A DNA stretch of 58,244 nt. Origin: a virus. Its lineage: Duplodnaviria; Caudoviricetes. Positions 29,128 to 39,976 of this stretch are shown in pieces (the stretch's first letter is position 1; each line of letters begins with the position of its first letter). Both the position numbers and the translations under genes were made by a program. The notes under the pieces are model-generated. The model was not told the DNA's origin. It was given only the letters and a program-made list of their open reading frames with translations, and searched no databases. The stretch spans positions 1 through 58,244 of the IMG/VR virus record IMGVR_UViG_3300025896_000032; one strand, given 5' to 3'.

Positions 29128-30129
29128 TTAACGGTAGTCCGTACAGCCCATGCCGTAACCGGGCTCCACCTGAATCTTGAATGTGGCGGGACCATCCTCA
29201 ATCAACTGACGCTCAAGAAGCAATGCCACCGCTTTGTTTTCGTATGCTTGGGCGATATCGAGATTGTTCGTCTCAAACAAACGGATGGACTTAAGAAGAA
29301 ACAACATCGCCTGCTTGGACGGGAACGGGACAAGATCGGTGTCGTCAACGAGACGGATCTCGTTACGTCGGTACTTGATCCGCACCTGCTTGCAGGCGGC
29401 GTTAACGCGAATACGGCGATACTCAGGGGCGGTCTCTCCGGGCGAGTAATAGCCGATGGTGCGACCATTGGCCTGCTGCGTGCCCGGGAATGCGATGAGC
29501 TTAACGTATCCTTGGGTTACCGGCTTGATTACCCGGGTGATGTTCTTGAGCTGAGTGGCGGCGCTATCGGTGGCCGCATAATTGTTAAGCAAAGGAATGT
29601 CGATGGAGATGAACTTGGTGTTGTAATCGGCATCCATGGTATCGCCATGGACTTGGATCGACAGGTTACCCTGACCATCGGCCGGATTCTCCACGATAGC
29701 GGCGAGATAAGACCATTCCTTCAGGTCTTGAAAGACGGCGCTCTTGTTGCGGTCGTCCCAAGTATAACCGCTTGAGTTAAAGCCCATGCCAACGGCGCTA
29801 CTGCCGGCGCCTTGCTCGGTACCGGGGCCATTGATGTGGTACTCAAACCAAGAATTGCGGAATTGAGCAGGGAAGCCAGCGACGTTACAGGCGAGAATGA
29901 CGCCGACCTCAGACGGAAGCGTTACAACGCCGCAGTCGTCTGAGCAGATGTCCATGGTCCCAAGATAGGGATCCCAGTTGGTCTTCCATGTAGCCAATTC
30001 AATGGCCCTCTGGATGTAATCGATGATGGAGTCGCGATCACCGATACCAAGAATATCACGGCTCTTGCTGGCGGCGATGATCTCACCGAGCGTTGGAGGG
30101 CCGAGAATTGCCTGTCCGTGGGTGAACAT
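29128..30129 (-). CDS. Head-tail adaptor
   Basis: TLGEII N-terminal helix; directly upstream of the nozzle gene. Confidence 0.6.
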   Translation of the reverse strand: MFTHGQAILGPPTLGEIIAASKSRDILGIGDRDSIIDYIQRAIELATWKTNWDPYLGTMDICSDDCGVVTLPSEVGVILACNVAGFPAQFRNSWFEYHINGPGTEQGAGSSAVGMGFNSSGYTWDDRNKSAVFQDLKEWSYLAAIVENPADGQGNLSIQVHGDTMDADYNTKFISIDIPLLNNYAATDSAATQLKNITRVIKPVTQGYVKLIAFPGTQQANGRTIGYYSPGETAPEYRRIRVNAACKQVRIKYRRNEIRLVDDTDLVPFPSKQAMLFLLKSIRLFETNNLDIAQAYENKAVALLLERQLIEDGPATFKIQVEPGYGMGCTDYR

Positions 30130-30131
30130 GA

Positions 30132-30521
30132 TTAGTCGTTGTCGCTATCGTCTTCTTCGTCGCTGTCTTTCTTTCGGGCGGATTTGCTGGCGAGATCGTC
30201 AACGATATCGCTCAGGTCATCACTGCCGTCATAGTCATCCGGCATGCAGATAGTGCGGAGTTCCAGCTCGACGCTGCATGTGGTCTTATCGTCGCGCTGA
30301 TTAATCGTAAGACTGCGCCGCTTGTAATCAACGAGGATGCAGCCCTCCTCCGGGAGATTTTCAAGGCCGGCAATGTCAGAGATGTACACCGTGGGGTAGT
30401 ACTTCTTGTTTTTGCTCTTATTGGCCATGCCGTCGCTCATTTCGGGAATCGCACCCTCATTAGCCCTACGACCAAGTTCGACGTGGATTGGGAAGGCTTT
30501 TTCTCTCTGTTGTTCGGTCAT
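30132..30521 (-). CDS. Acidic hypothetical protein, possibly virion-associated
   Basis: 129 aa within the structural operon. Confidence 0.65.
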   Translation of the reverse strand: MTEQQREKAFPIHVELGRRANEGAIPEMSDGMANKSKNKKYYPTVYISDIAGLENLPEEGCILVDYKRRSLTINQRDDKTTCSVELELRTICMPDDYDGSDDLSDIVDDLASKSARKKDSDEEDDSDND

Positions 30522-30526
30522 GGTGA

Positions 30527-31255
30527 TCAGTTATTGCTACCGTTGATGAATCCCGGCGAAGTTACGCTGTAAGGAGGAACGATAAACGCAGAAAGCTGGG
30601 CGCCGAGCAAGAAAACGTCGCTACCCGTTCCGCAATAGATGTTTTCGCCCTGAACCACAGTTCCATAAAACCAGCAGCCATAGCTTTGGGCGGTGCCGTA
30701 ATTAGCGGTTCCAACATTTGTCGCAACTCGACCCCACCAGAGATTCTGAATCAACGCAGCCGTGTTGATATCCGTGCCTGTAGAAATATAAATTTGGCCA
30801 TTAAGATATGCCGCGTACCCGTTAAGATTACCGGCCCACCCAAGCTGCATTTCCAAGTGGAATAGGTAGGTTCCGCTAGCAAATCCAATCGCACCAAAGT
30901 TAATGGCTCTGGCGTCCGAAAGGTTCGTTAGCCTTTGAGCCGGCTGACTGCCGGGGTCCCAAATGGCACCAGTGAAGAAGGCGACCATCGATTGCACGCC
31001 CGTTGGGCCTTGAACGCCAGTTGATCCCTGAGGACCGGTAATGCCAATTGTGCCCTGAGGACCGGTAACGCCCTGCGGGCCAGTTGCGCCGCTAGCACCT
31101 CGAAAACCCTGCGCCCCCTGCGGGCCGGTCGCACCCGTGGGACCCTGTGGTCCAGCCACTATGGTGGTTACTGGTACTGGGGGTGAGCAAAATGGGTCTG
31201 GGCCACAACAAGATCCGGTGGGACCGGTAGCAGATTGGCATGGGGTGCAAGACAT
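30527..31255 (-). CDS. Collagen-like protein with Cys-rich N-terminus and beta-sandwich C-terminus
   Basis: MSCTPC...CC...CSPP followed by about 18 GXY triplets. Confidence 0.8.
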   Translation of the reverse strand: MSCTPCQSATGPTGSCCGPDPFCSPPVPVTTIVAGPQGPTGATGPQGAQGFRGASGATGPQGVTGPQGTIGITGPQGSTGVQGPTGVQSMVAFFTGAIWDPGSQPAQRLTNLSDARAINFGAIGFASGTYLFHLEMQLGWAGNLNGYAAYLNGQIYISTGTDINTAALIQNLWWGRVATNVGTANYGTAQSYGCWFYGTVVQGENIYCGTGSDVFLLGAQLSAFIVPPYSVTSPGFINGSNN

Positions 31256-31261
31256 GGCGGA

Positions 31262-31290
31262 ATGGTATCAGTTAAGTCGTTTCAGGGCAA
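31262..31290 (-). promoter_or_regulatory. sigma70-like promoter, leaderless geometry
   Basis: TTGCCC-17nt-(TG.)TACCAT-6nt-ATG. Confidence 0.65.
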
Positions 31291-31291
31291 T

Positions 31292-31783
31292 TTATAGCGA
31301 TGACATGGCGTAGACATCGCCCACGGAATTGCCGGTGGCATAGGCATGAACAATCATGGATTGCCCGGAAGACAGGGATGACGGGAATGATCCGCCCGAC
31401 GGGATCCAAGCGGGCCACGTCACGTTGAGTGGGCCGGCGGTGGTGTTGCGGATAAGCGCGATCATCTCCCCGCCATCGAATGCCACTGCGACCGTGAATA
31501 CGGTATCGATGGTGATCGGGATTAGATTAAGTGTGCTTACATCAAAACGAAGTTGGATTGCTCCGCCGGCAGGGTAACCGGTTTCCGTAAAGAGGGTCCT
31601 GACATGCGCTCCCAGTATCTGAATGTTGCCAATGTACCCACCGGATATGGAGACGTTATTTGCATTCTGGGATGCCATCGTGCCAATTGATGGCATGGGT
31701 CCGGTGGGACCGGTGGCGCCCGTGGCACCAACTGGACCACTGACAAGTACCGGTACTGGTACGGGAGGTGTGCAAATGCTCAT
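31292..31783 (-). CDS. Short collagen-like fibre protein
   Basis: MSICTPP, 5 GXY triplets, GTMASQNANNVSISGG and a WP..W domain. Confidence 0.75.
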   Translation of the reverse strand: MSICTPPVPVPVLVSGPVGATGATGPTGPMPSIGTMASQNANNVSISGGYIGNIQILGAHVRTLFTETGYPAGGAIQLRFDVSTLNLIPITIDTVFTVAVAFDGGEMIALIRNTTAGPLNVTWPAWIPSGGSFPSSLSSGQSMIVHAYATGNSVGDVYAMSSL

Positions 31784-31790
31784 GGGTTAG

Positions 31791-33968
31791 TTACAAATTG
31801 TTGGCGAACAAATCGCCTGTTCCTAAATCGGTATATGCCGCCGTCGATCCTTGCCGCGTGTTGCCGACCGCCAGCGAATAGCTGCAACCGGCATCCATTC
31901 CAATAGCCGTGTCAGTCGAAGCCAAATTGTAGAACGTGTTGCCCGTGCAAGTTCCGCCATTCACGGAATTGAACAAAATTCCGTTCACTACAACCGCTCC
32001 ACCCTGACCGCCCAAAAAACACCCAGTAACGCTCACGCCAGTAGCGTTCTTGACGTTTATAACGTAACCCGCCGCCCCACCGTTCGCACTCGCATTGATC
32101 GCACTCACCGTCGTGCTATACACCCCGTCCGTGTAAACCGCCGAATACTTTGCGCCGTAATCGCCACCAATCACGTTACAGACACTTCCTGCGCTGCTAT
32201 TCACGAAATACACCCCGTAATCCACCACGATCATCGTGCAGTCGATCACCTCAAGCCCTTCCAGCCGGTTAGACAAGCTCCCGGTCCCGTCAGCCTGAAT
32301 CCCATACGTCCCACCCTGCATCCAGCAATTCGTCACCTTAAAGCCGCTCGTCGCACCGTTCGCGCCCCTAATGCGGATACTAGCCGACGAACAGTTGAAC
32401 TGGCAATTGTCCACATAGACGTTGATCCAGTTGTATAGGTCCAAACCGATGGCAAAATATGTGCTGCCATTTGTGGACTGAAAAAACGCCACCCGACTGA
32501 TCCGCGTCCCCTGCAACTGCGCATCCGTCCCAGAACTCGTCAGAGTCAGCCCGTTGTAGCCAGCCACCGAATTAGCCACCAACGAGAAGTCCGTAAAGGT
32601 GCATGGCGCGTCACTTGTATATGTCCCGCCACCAGCCGCCCGCGTCACCGACATTCCCCCATTCGTCGAAGCGTCGGAAAAGTAAAGTTGGCTCACCCCA
32701 ATGCCATCCCCACGCATACTGAACGCCTGCCCGTTGTTGTTGAGCGCCACCGGCAACGCCGCACTCGACTTGTAAATGCCCATCGGAAGATACAGGCAAA
32801 ACGGTTTCGTCGTCGCTATCCCAGCCGCAATCGCCGCCGCAATCGCCGCGTAGTCGTCCGTGCTCCCGTTCCCCACCGCACCCCAATCCTTCACGTTGAA
32901 TACGTCAGGACCGTACCATCCCACATCTGCGGAAGTGGTACTGTTTTTGGCGAGTCTGGCATACTTTACCCCGCCGCTCGGTACGCCGGATCCTGCCGGA
33001 CCGGTCGGGCCGGTGGGGCCGGTGGACCCCGATGCGCCAGTAGGGCCGGTGGGGCCGACGGAACCGCCGGAGGCGCCGTAGAATGCCGCAATGATGCTGG
33101 CCTCGGTCGTTCCGCCGCAAGTTAGCTCAACACGGATGGACTCGCCGATGGCAAGACTGGTTGGGAGAGCCCCGGACGCAAGCTGCCAAGCCGCCGGCCA
33201 CGAAAGGCTGATGATGGACCCGGCCGTATTCGTCAGATCTAGCGTCTGCATGCGCCCTCGGACCATTCCGTAGGAGCTGGTGACGGACATATTTACGCCC
33301 ACGTCAATTTGGGCGTAAGAGCCGAGATCGAAACGAAGTTGAATTACGCCGCCACCGGTATACGCCACCGCGTAGCGCGTGATGCTCGTGACGTTGGAGA
33401 GAAGGTTTACCGTGGGATTCGGATAGTTACCCGTGAGATCTCCGCCGGCAGCGCCAGAAATGCTACCAGCAGGACCAGTAGCCCCAGTGACGCCGACACC
33501 CGTTGGACCTGTTACCCCGGTTACACCAGTGGAACCCGTGGCTCCGGTCGGTCCAGCAATTCCGGTTGCGCCCGTAGGGCCAGTAGAACCTACGGCTCCG
33601 GATGGACCCGTAGCACCCGATACACCAACGCCAGTGGGACCGGTCACTCCAGTTACGCCAGTGGAACCCGTGGCTCCTTGGACGCTAGCTGGGCCGGGGG
33701 CTCCGGTAGGGCCGGCTGGACCCGTGGACCCAGTAACGCCATAGGGTCCAGTAGCGCCCGTCACGCCCGCTCCGGTGGCCCCAGTGGCTCCCGGACCACC
33801 CGCTGGACCTGTTGGTCCCGTTTCCCCGCCACCCCCACCCCCACCGCTACCCGCTGGTCCGGCTGGACCTTGGAGACCCTGAGGACCAGTGGCGCCAGTA
33901 GCCCCTAGCGTTCCGTCCGGGGTAACCGTAATGGGTTGTACGACGTAATTAAGGGGATTATCGGCCAT
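31791..33968 (-). CDS. Collagen-like fibre with pectate-lyase-like beta-helix (depolymerase-type receptor-binding protein)
   Basis: GXT tracts; [24 protein letters not shown]...LYLPMGIY. Confidence 0.85.
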   Translation of the reverse strand: MADNPLNYVVQPITVTPDGTLGATGATGPQGLQGPAGPAGSGGGGGGGETGPTGPAGGPGATGATGAGVTGATGPYGVTGSTGPAGPTGAPGPASVQGATGSTGVTGVTGPTGVGVSGATGPSGAVGSTGPTGATGIAGPTGATGSTGVTGVTGPTGVGVTGATGPAGSISGAAGGDLTGNYPNPTVNLLSNVTSITRYAVAYTGGGVIQLRFDLGSYAQIDVGVNMSVTSSYGMVRGRMQTLDLTNTAGSIISLSWPAAWQLASGALPTSLAIGESIRVELTCGGTTEASIIAAFYGASGGSVGPTGPTGASGSTGPTGPTGPAGSGVPSGGVKYARLAKNSTTSADVGWYGPDVFNVKDWGAVGNGSTDDYAAIAAAIAAGIATTKPFCLYLPMGIYKSSAALPVALNNNGQAFSMRGDGIGVSQLYFSDASTNGGMSVTRAAGGGTYTSDAPCTFTDFSLVANSVAGYNGLTLTSSGTDAQLQGTRISRVAFFQSTNGSTYFAIGLDLYNWINVYVDNCQFNCSSASIRIRGANGATSGFKVTNCWMQGGTYGIQADGTGSLSNRLEGLEVIDCTMIVVDYGVYFVNSSAGSVCNVIGGDYGAKYSAVYTDGVYSTTVSAINASANGGAAGYVINVKNATGVSVTGCFLGGQGGAVVVNGILFNSVNGGTCTGNTFYNLASTDTAIGMDAGCSYSLAVGNTRQGSTAAYTDLGTGDLFANNL

Positions 33969-33976
33969 GGTAGGGT

Positions 33977-34339
33977 CTAGCTAGTAAAGGTAATGGTTAC
34001 GTCTACATTGGGGCTGTAACCTATTGCGCCAATGGAGTCAGTAACTTTGAAGCAAAATGTTGCATTATATTCGGATGGCGCGGCCACAGCCGTAGCCTCA
34101 AATGAGGCGCTATCGGTAAACAAATTAGCGGTAATGTCCATGTCTCCTGAGACGTAGTTTATTTCGTATGAATACGGGGATAGACCACCGTGAGCATAAG
34201 CAGTCACCGGAGATGTCGTAAGAGTCGGAAACAAAACGAAATTACCGGATACGGTGATGGGATTTGGGCCTGCGGTTACAGTTACGGGAGAACCCGATGA
34301 CGAAAGACTGGCAATTAACGCAACGGTGAACGCTTTCAT
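33977..34339 (-). CDS. Small Ig-like protein, putative fibre-tip adhesin
   Basis: [10 protein letters not shown]...FKVTDS; starts 1 nt after the fibre gene stop. Confidence 0.6.
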   Translation of the reverse strand: MKAFTVALIASLSSSGSPVTVTAGPNPITVSGNFVLFPTLTTSPVTAYAHGGLSPYSYEINYVSGDMDITANLFTDSASFEATAVAAPSEYNATFCFKVTDSIGAIGYSPNVDVTITFTS

Positions 34340-34340
34340 G

Positions 34341-35207
34341 CTACGCAATCCATGCCGCGACGATACCGCTGTCGACGCCAGTCCATGCCATGATGGCTAG
34401 TTGGGCTGTCTTACCTGCACCGAGAGTGGTGGGGGCGCCGACCGCCGATGGAAGCCAAGTCCACCCAGCCGGGAATGATACGTTTCGGGTGGATGCACCG
34501 GCAGTGACGCAGACCAGAATCGATTGGCCCTGCTGAATGTTGCTGGTGGCGAAAACAGTATCACCCAGCATGGTGAGTAATTGGGCGTCTCCCTGAGTAA
34601 AATCGATAGTGGATGTACCGCCATACGATACTGTTCCAACAATTGCCGGGAATCGCCTGACAGTAACGCTACTTGGTCCCGAAATATCGTTGGCGAGACT
34701 AAACTGGTACGTTCCAGCAACAGAAGTAATCCCGATTTGACCCGATACACCGGTCATCAATGGGGCGGGACCGGTTTGTCCGGTTGGACCCTGAGCACCC
34801 GTAGCCCCAGCGGGACCACCAGATGGGCCGGTGGCACCAGCCGGACCCGATGAACCAGTGGCACCAAAATCTCCAGTATTTCCCTGTGGACCCAATGGAC
34901 CGGTAGCTCCCTGAATCCCGGTAGGGCCAACAGAGCCAGTGGCTCCGATCACGCCGATATCGCCTTGGGGGCCAGAGATGCCTTGGGCTCCCTGAGGTCC
35001 AGTAGGGCCCATTACGCCAGTAGCACCCGTTGCTCCTTGGGCTCCGGTAGCTCCCGTGGCTCCAGTGGCTCCCGTTGGACCAGAGGGGCCGCTAGGGCCA
35101 TTAGCGGGGCCGGTAGGGCCAAGCGGACCAGTTGCACCAGTAGGGCCTACAACGCCCTTGAATAGGTACGCCACTGTCGGGGGAATCATGCAACTGGAGT
35201 CGGCCAT
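34341..35207 (-). CDS. Collagen-like fibre protein
   Basis: About 42 GXY triplets; C-terminal IDFTQG...FPAGWTW domain. Confidence 0.85.
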   Translation of the reverse strand: MADSSCMIPPTVAYLFKGVVGPTGATGPLGPTGPANGPSGPSGPTGATGATGATGAQGATGATGVMGPTGPQGAQGISGPQGDIGVIGATGSVGPTGIQGATGPLGPQGNTGDFGATGSSGPAGATGPSGGPAGATGAQGPTGQTGPAPLMTGVSGQIGITSVAGTYQFSLANDISGPSSVTVRRFPAIVGTVSYGGTSTIDFTQGDAQLLTMLGDTVFATSNIQQGQSILVCVTAGASTRNVSFPAGWTWLPSAVGAPTTLGAGKTAQLAIMAWTGVDSGIVAAWIA

Positions 35208-35213
35208 GGGATT

Positions 35214-35242
35214 ATGATAGGGTTTCAAATAGGCTGGCGCAA
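35214..35242 (-). promoter_or_regulatory. sigma70-like promoter, leaderless geometry
   Basis: TTGCGC-17nt-TATCAT-6nt-ATG. Confidence 0.65.
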
Positions 35243-35275
35243 CCTCATTAGAACGTACACATTTACGCAACCAAG

Positions 35276-36157
35276 ATGAAAGTTGAAATTTTGCTGGTAA
35301 CTTATCGTAAGGATCTGGAATTCACTTCTTACGCCCTACAATCAATTGCGAAATTTGGTTCTGGGTTTTCCGGCATAACGCTAGTTGTTCCGCATCAAGA
35401 TAAAGAGGCCTTTAAGCCACTTGCCGACAGGTACGGGTGCTCCCTAAGGAATTGCATCGAAGTCCCTAACAAGGGGTTCTTGGGCCACATGGCTTCAAAG
35501 TGTCAGGGCGATATCTGGTGCCCCAAGGGTACCGACATTGTGTGCCATATCGATTCCGACTGTATTTTCGGGGAACCGTTCACGCCGGCAACATTCATGG
35601 ACGGTGAAAAGCCCCTTTTGGTGCGCGAGCATTACGATGACTTCATCCAGTACCAAAGCCGTTACGGGTGGAAGAAGAATTCCCTTCATGCCCTTGGGTT
35701 TGATTGCGAATGGGAGACCATGGTTCGGCATCCTTCGCTTTACCATGTAGACATGTACCGGCGCCTCAGGAACCACATCGAGGATCTTCACGGATACCCG
35801 TTCGATCAATACGTACTGCTTCAGCGTAACGAATTCCCGCAAACGTTTTCGGAATTCCCGACCATGGGGGCATTTTTGCTGCAACACGACTCCAGCAAAT
35901 ATCGCATCGTTACCTGCGTCCACACACCCGGGAAATACTGGGCTGACGAAAAATGGTTAAAGCTCGGGATTGAACCGGTCGCAAGAGACCCAAGCACTGG
36001 AATCCCTACCACAAAAGATCATCCCATGAGGTTCCTGTGGCACCTCGATGATGGCTCGGTTGAGCAACGCCCACTCATCAACCCTGTTCGCTATTTCTGG
36101 TCGAAGAAGGGCGTTACCCCTGAATACCGAAAGCAGATCGAGGCCATCCTCACTTGA
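35276..36157 (+). CDS. Putative GT-A glycosyltransferase
   Basis: ILLVTYRKD, the DxD motif HIDSD, and FSEF. Confidence 0.65.
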   Translation: MKVEILLVTYRKDLEFTSYALQSIAKFGSGFSGITLVVPHQDKEAFKPLADRYGCSLRNCIEVPNKGFLGHMASKCQGDIWCPKGTDIVCHIDSDCIFGEPFTPATFMDGEKPLLVREHYDDFIQYQSRYGWKKNSLHALGFDCEWETMVRHPSLYHVDMYRRLRNHIEDLHGYPFDQYVLLQRNEFPQTFSEFPTMGAFLLQHDSSKYRIVTCVHTPGKYWADEKWLKLGIEPVARDPSTGIPTTKDHPMRFLWHLDDGSVEQRPLINPVRYFWSKKGVTPEYRKQIEAILT

Positions 36158-37541
36158 GGAACTGCTGAATGATGGTGTTCTTGTTAAAGGAAGCACCTGC
36201 GGACTTGCAGTCCTTGGCAGAGAAGTGGATTAACTTTGCTTGAGCCCAAAGGTTGGAGTTCCAGCCCTTAACCACATCGTGCTGCTTGAGCCAGAATGTG
36301 TCGGTACACTTCTTCAAGATATCTTGGTCACTGGTAATGTTCTGGTATGCCGAAAAGTCGTACTTAACGATCTCTTTGATGAAAATCTTGAGCGCCCTAT
36401 TGTCGGATGAAACGGCGGATAGACGGTTGGTCTGAAGCGCGTTGAACCCATCGGCCTTCGGAATGTCCTCATGTGCCATGCTTCTGTTCGGGAACACGTC
36501 ATACTCCACGAATAAGCCACCACCAACGGCGGAAAACGCCAGCCACCGATAAAGGTTGGCCTTAGCAACGCGGCTAGGGGCGACGGATGGCATTGAGGCT
36601 ATCTTTTCCTTCAGCTCTGCATACCCATCGCACTTGCTGGCATCCCACTCTTCAAGCACCACTGGATTGTAACCAGCGTTGATCCAAGCTGCCTTCCACA
36701 TCGCAATAGTTGCTTTTTGGCAGGCTGGATCAGTCTTTAGGCATTGGTCGTAATAGGTGCATACCGTGCGAATGTTCACGACGTTACCATCATTGCCGAC
36801 ATTCCCGAGGTACCGGTTCCTGACGGCCATAATCGCGCTGACGTCTTTTACGCCGTGAAGGTAAACGGGGAATTCACCATTCTTGCGAAGGCTGAACAAA
36901 TCTTCTTCGGTAATCGTCTTACGATTAAAATCCAAAAGCATGAAGTTCGTGTCCTTGGACAGCGGCATCACGCGATTTCGATGATAAATATCGTAGGCGA
37001 TGTTGGTGGGGCCACCAATGATATTCATGGCACCAGCTTTATGCCAAAAGTCGGTGGCATAGATGGATGCGCCGTTCAAATGGTTAAAATTGGCCTGATT
37101 GTGAATATGGCCGGTAGCGGACTTACCCTCGTTGTACGCCTCATCGTAAGCCTGAAGGATTCCCTTCAGCCAATCACGCGATAACGGACAGCAATCCGGC
37201 TCCATGTTAAGGAACGCAAAGTACTTCGTCTGCCAGTCTCGATTCCCCATCGTCTCCAGCAAATCGTAAAACATCTCATTGGGGCCATACGGGTACCCAA
37301 TGGCGTTGCGGCGCCGGCAGACATGGTTATGCACGTCGCCAAACTTGATCTTGAGCTTATCGATCAAAAAGGTCGGAACGACATTTGCATCCCACCGGCG
37401 GTAAAACATGATGTCCACCTTGTCGTTGAACTTTGGCTCAAGGTCGCAAATCAAGTTCGCGAGGTTGATGGCCATTTCCCTGTCACCGTTCCAGTAGTTG
37501 ATAACTACGAGAAATTTGCGTGGCTTTTTTTCGTTATTCAT
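36150..37541 (-). CDS. Putative two-domain glycosyltransferase
   Basis: Domain 1 FLNMEPDCCPL...HLNG; domain 2 W..AGYNP...RWLAF...GGLFVEYDV...SDQ (GT32-like). Confidence 0.65.
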   Translation of the reverse strand: MNNEKKPRKFLVVINYWNGDREMAINLANLICDLEPKFNDKVDIMFYRRWDANVVPTFLIDKLKIKFGDVHNHVCRRRNAIGYPYGPNEMFYDLLETMGNRDWQTKYFAFLNMEPDCCPLSRDWLKGILQAYDEAYNEGKSATGHIHNQANFNHLNGASIYATDFWHKAGAMNIIGGPTNIAYDIYHRNRVMPLSKDTNFMLLDFNRKTITEEDLFSLRKNGEFPVYLHGVKDVSAIMAVRNRYLGNVGNDGNVVNIRTVCTYYDQCLKTDPACQKATIAMWKAAWINAGYNPVVLEEWDASKCDGYAELKEKIASMPSVAPSRVAKANLYRWLAFSAVGGGLFVEYDVFPNRSMAHEDIPKADGFNALQTNRLSAVSSDNRALKIFIKEIVKYDFSAYQNITSDQDILKKCTDTFWLKQHDVVKGWNSNLWAQAKLIHFSAKDCKSAGASFNKNTIIQQFLK

Positions 37542-38497
37542 CGGGCGGCGGGACGGCGAGTTGTATTGTGGTAGGAGTAACCAATGGTGCCCATGTGAAG
37601 GGGCATAACTGACATATCAACGTAGGCTTGATGGCCAGCGTTTCTGGCCCTTGTGCAGAATGAAACGTCTTCCGACAAATCGCCTATGTAATTGAAGAAG
37701 CCATAGCTGTAACCAAAACGGTTCGTGAACGCTGGATCCTTGATGGTGACATCCGGCTGCTTTGAGATGATGTCATTAAAGACGCTGCGATGGACCAACG
37801 CGCACCCAAATCCGACCCAGCCCGTTGAGTTGACAACGTTTCGTGGACCGGAATGGGCAGAGTCGTTGGTGATCGTTGACTGGTAGGCTTCTTGGAACTG
37901 AGCGGTGCCACCGGGCTGACGTCCAAAATAGCATCCACCGATCAAGGTCCTTCCCGTCTGCATCAACTTGGCAATCGGGTTGATGTTGATGAATTGCGGG
38001 GGGAACGAGGGATTGTCAGACAGGGCTCGAAAGTACGGTACGTCGCCATGGGGCAACACGGTGTCGTCATCGATCCAGAAGCTGTATTCCGCACCACCGT
38101 CAAGGAACGCCTGAGCGCATCGATTCCTAGCCCTGACATACGAGTTGTCGGACACAGTGGTAAACTGCATCTTGTCGCGCTCGTAGAGGGCCGTAATGGA
38201 CTTCAGGACGCCAATGTGGATCGGCCTGACGGAAGGCATCAGAATATGGACCTTCTTGCCTGCGGGAAACTCGTAAGGGGCAATTGTCACCGACTGTTCC
38301 TGCGCGGGTTCGGGTGTCGGTGCTGACGGAAAAAACAACTGCGGGTCGGAGTTGATGATCTTCTGTAGCGTATCCAAGGTCGGGCTTTTGCCCCTGCCCC
38401 AAGAGTTAACGGCTTCAGCAGTCTTTCCCGTCACTTCCATGGCCTTTTCGACTCCGTGTTTTTCAACGAAATCTAAGACCGTTTTTGAGATATCCAT
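37538..38497 (-). CDS. HTH-fused GT2-like glycosyltransferase
   Basis: Cro-like N-terminus; RARN, WIDDD, GFGCALV and SEDVSFC motifs. Confidence 0.8.
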   Translation of the reverse strand: MDISKTVLDFVEKHGVEKAMEVTGKTAEAVNSWGRGKSPTLDTLQKIINSDPQLFFPSAPTPEPAQEQSVTIAPYEFPAGKKVHILMPSVRPIHIGVLKSITALYERDKMQFTTVSDNSYVRARNRCAQAFLDGGAEYSFWIDDDTVLPHGDVPYFRALSDNPSFPPQFININPIAKLMQTGRTLIGGCYFGRQPGGTAQFQEAYQSTITNDSAHSGPRNVVNSTGWVGFGCALVHRSVFNDIISKQPDVTIKDPAFTNRFGYSYGFFNYIGDLSEDVSFCTRARNAGHQAYVDMSVMPLHMGTIGYSYHNTTRRPAAR

Positions 38498-38502
38498 ACT
38501 CG

Positions 38503-39921
38503 TTAGGTCTGGCGCTGCTCCATGGCCTGAGAGGCAACGGAATCGATGATGTCGTCAAAGCCTTCGTTGTTGGAATACTCCCGCTTCTGGGCGGTAGCAG
38601 AAGGCTTGCCGGTACCAATGGTCTTGGATGCCGACCCTGCCTTACGCATGTTGGAGATTTGGCCCCTGAGGGTCTCGATCTCTTTTTGGGCGGCGCCGAG
38701 CTGGTTCTTGAGCTGCGGAGCAACAAGGTCGCGATACAGGATGCCAACGCGAGCTGCGATCTGAGCGTTCAGCGGATCCGAGGTCTCTTTCTTGATGGCA
38801 TCGGCAAACGCAAGGGACTGTTCATTGAAGCCCTTGATTGCGGACTCCTTTTCCTTGCGGATCGCGGGGGCATCGGTTTCGAGGATATCGGCGGGCTTTT
38901 TAAGGAAATCCCACTTACTGAGATGGCCAGTAAACTCAGTGTTCAAGCGATTGGTGGCTTCCTCGACATTTCGCTTTTGCGTCTCTTCGTTTTGCTTGGT
39001 GCGTTGGTCGTAGTTGGTCCGCCAATCAGTGATCTCGCGATCCTTGTCCTTAGACAGGCGCATGTTCTCGCGCAGGGACTCGCGGATCTTCTCTGCGGTG
39101 TCGGGGTCGGAATCGTACTGCTTGCCGTCCGCACCCTTGCCGGTTTCGAGGGTATCGAGGTATTGCTTTAAGCTCGAAAGCGACACACCGCTTTTCTTGA
39201 GCTTCTCGGCATGCTCCGGGGGCAGACCGGCATCCGTCAGGGTCTTGATGATGCTTTCGTTGTTGGACTCGATGCGCTTGTCGTATTTGGCAACAATGGC
39301 GGGATCGGAATTTGCATCAAACTGGCGAACCTTGTCGCGAAGTTGACTGATCTCTTCCTCCACTTCCTTGGGAAGCTTGCCGGATTCAGCCTGTTTCTGC
39401 TCGGACTGCTTTTTCAGCTCCGACAATTCCTTGGCGAGCTTCTCGCGCTCAATACGCTCAGATGCCGCGACCTTCTTTACCTGATTGAACAGCTCCTTGG
39501 TCTTAGGGGAGGTATGCTGGTTCATCTGCTTCTCGATCTTGGAAATCTCTTCGATTTCTGGATCTGCAACAGGGGCCTCTTCCTTCTTTTCCGCTTCCTT
39601 GGCAGGCTCGACCTTGCTTTCCTCGGTGTCCTCCAAGAGGGTTTTGGCCTCGACCTTCTCTTCTGCCGTATCTTCGGCTACCTCTTCTTCGGCGGGCTCG
39701 ACCTCTTGCTTCTTCTTGCCATCGTCCAGAGGGTTGGGACCACCGGCAAGACCGGCAGAAGCCTTATCGATAATGCTATCGAAATCGATGGGGCTAAATG
39801 GCTCGTTGGACTGGCGCAGGCCAACACCAAGCTCATCTGGTGTTGCTGGTTCGTTATTTTCGATGGGAGCTGGCTGCTCCGAGGCTTCCGTTGTTTGGTC
39901 GATTTCTTCAGGATTCAACAT
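38503..39921 (-). CDS. Putative scaffold protein
   Basis: Very E/K-rich coiled coil downstream of the portal. Confidence 0.6.
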   Translation of the reverse strand: MLNPEEIDQTTEASEQPAPIENNEPATPDELGVGLRQSNEPFSPIDFDSIIDKASAGLAGGPNPLDDGKKKQEVEPAEEEVAEDTAEEKVEAKTLLEDTEESKVEPAKEAEKKEEAPVADPEIEEISKIEKQMNQHTSPKTKELFNQVKKVAASERIEREKLAKELSELKKQSEQKQAESGKLPKEVEEEISQLRDKVRQFDANSDPAIVAKYDKRIESNNESIIKTLTDAGLPPEHAEKLKKSGVSLSSLKQYLDTLETGKGADGKQYDSDPDTAEKIRESLRENMRLSKDKDREITDWRTNYDQRTKQNEETQKRNVEEATNRLNTEFTGHLSKWDFLKKPADILETDAPAIRKEKESAIKGFNEQSLAFADAIKKETSDPLNAQIAARVGILYRDLVAPQLKNQLGAAQKEIETLRGQISNMRKAGSASKTIGTGKPSATAQKREYSNNEGFDDIIDSVASQAMEQRQT

Positions 39922-39976
39922 GGGCGTAATAGCGGTACGCCAAGAGTTTCCCCGATACACCAAACGTCAAGCACAA

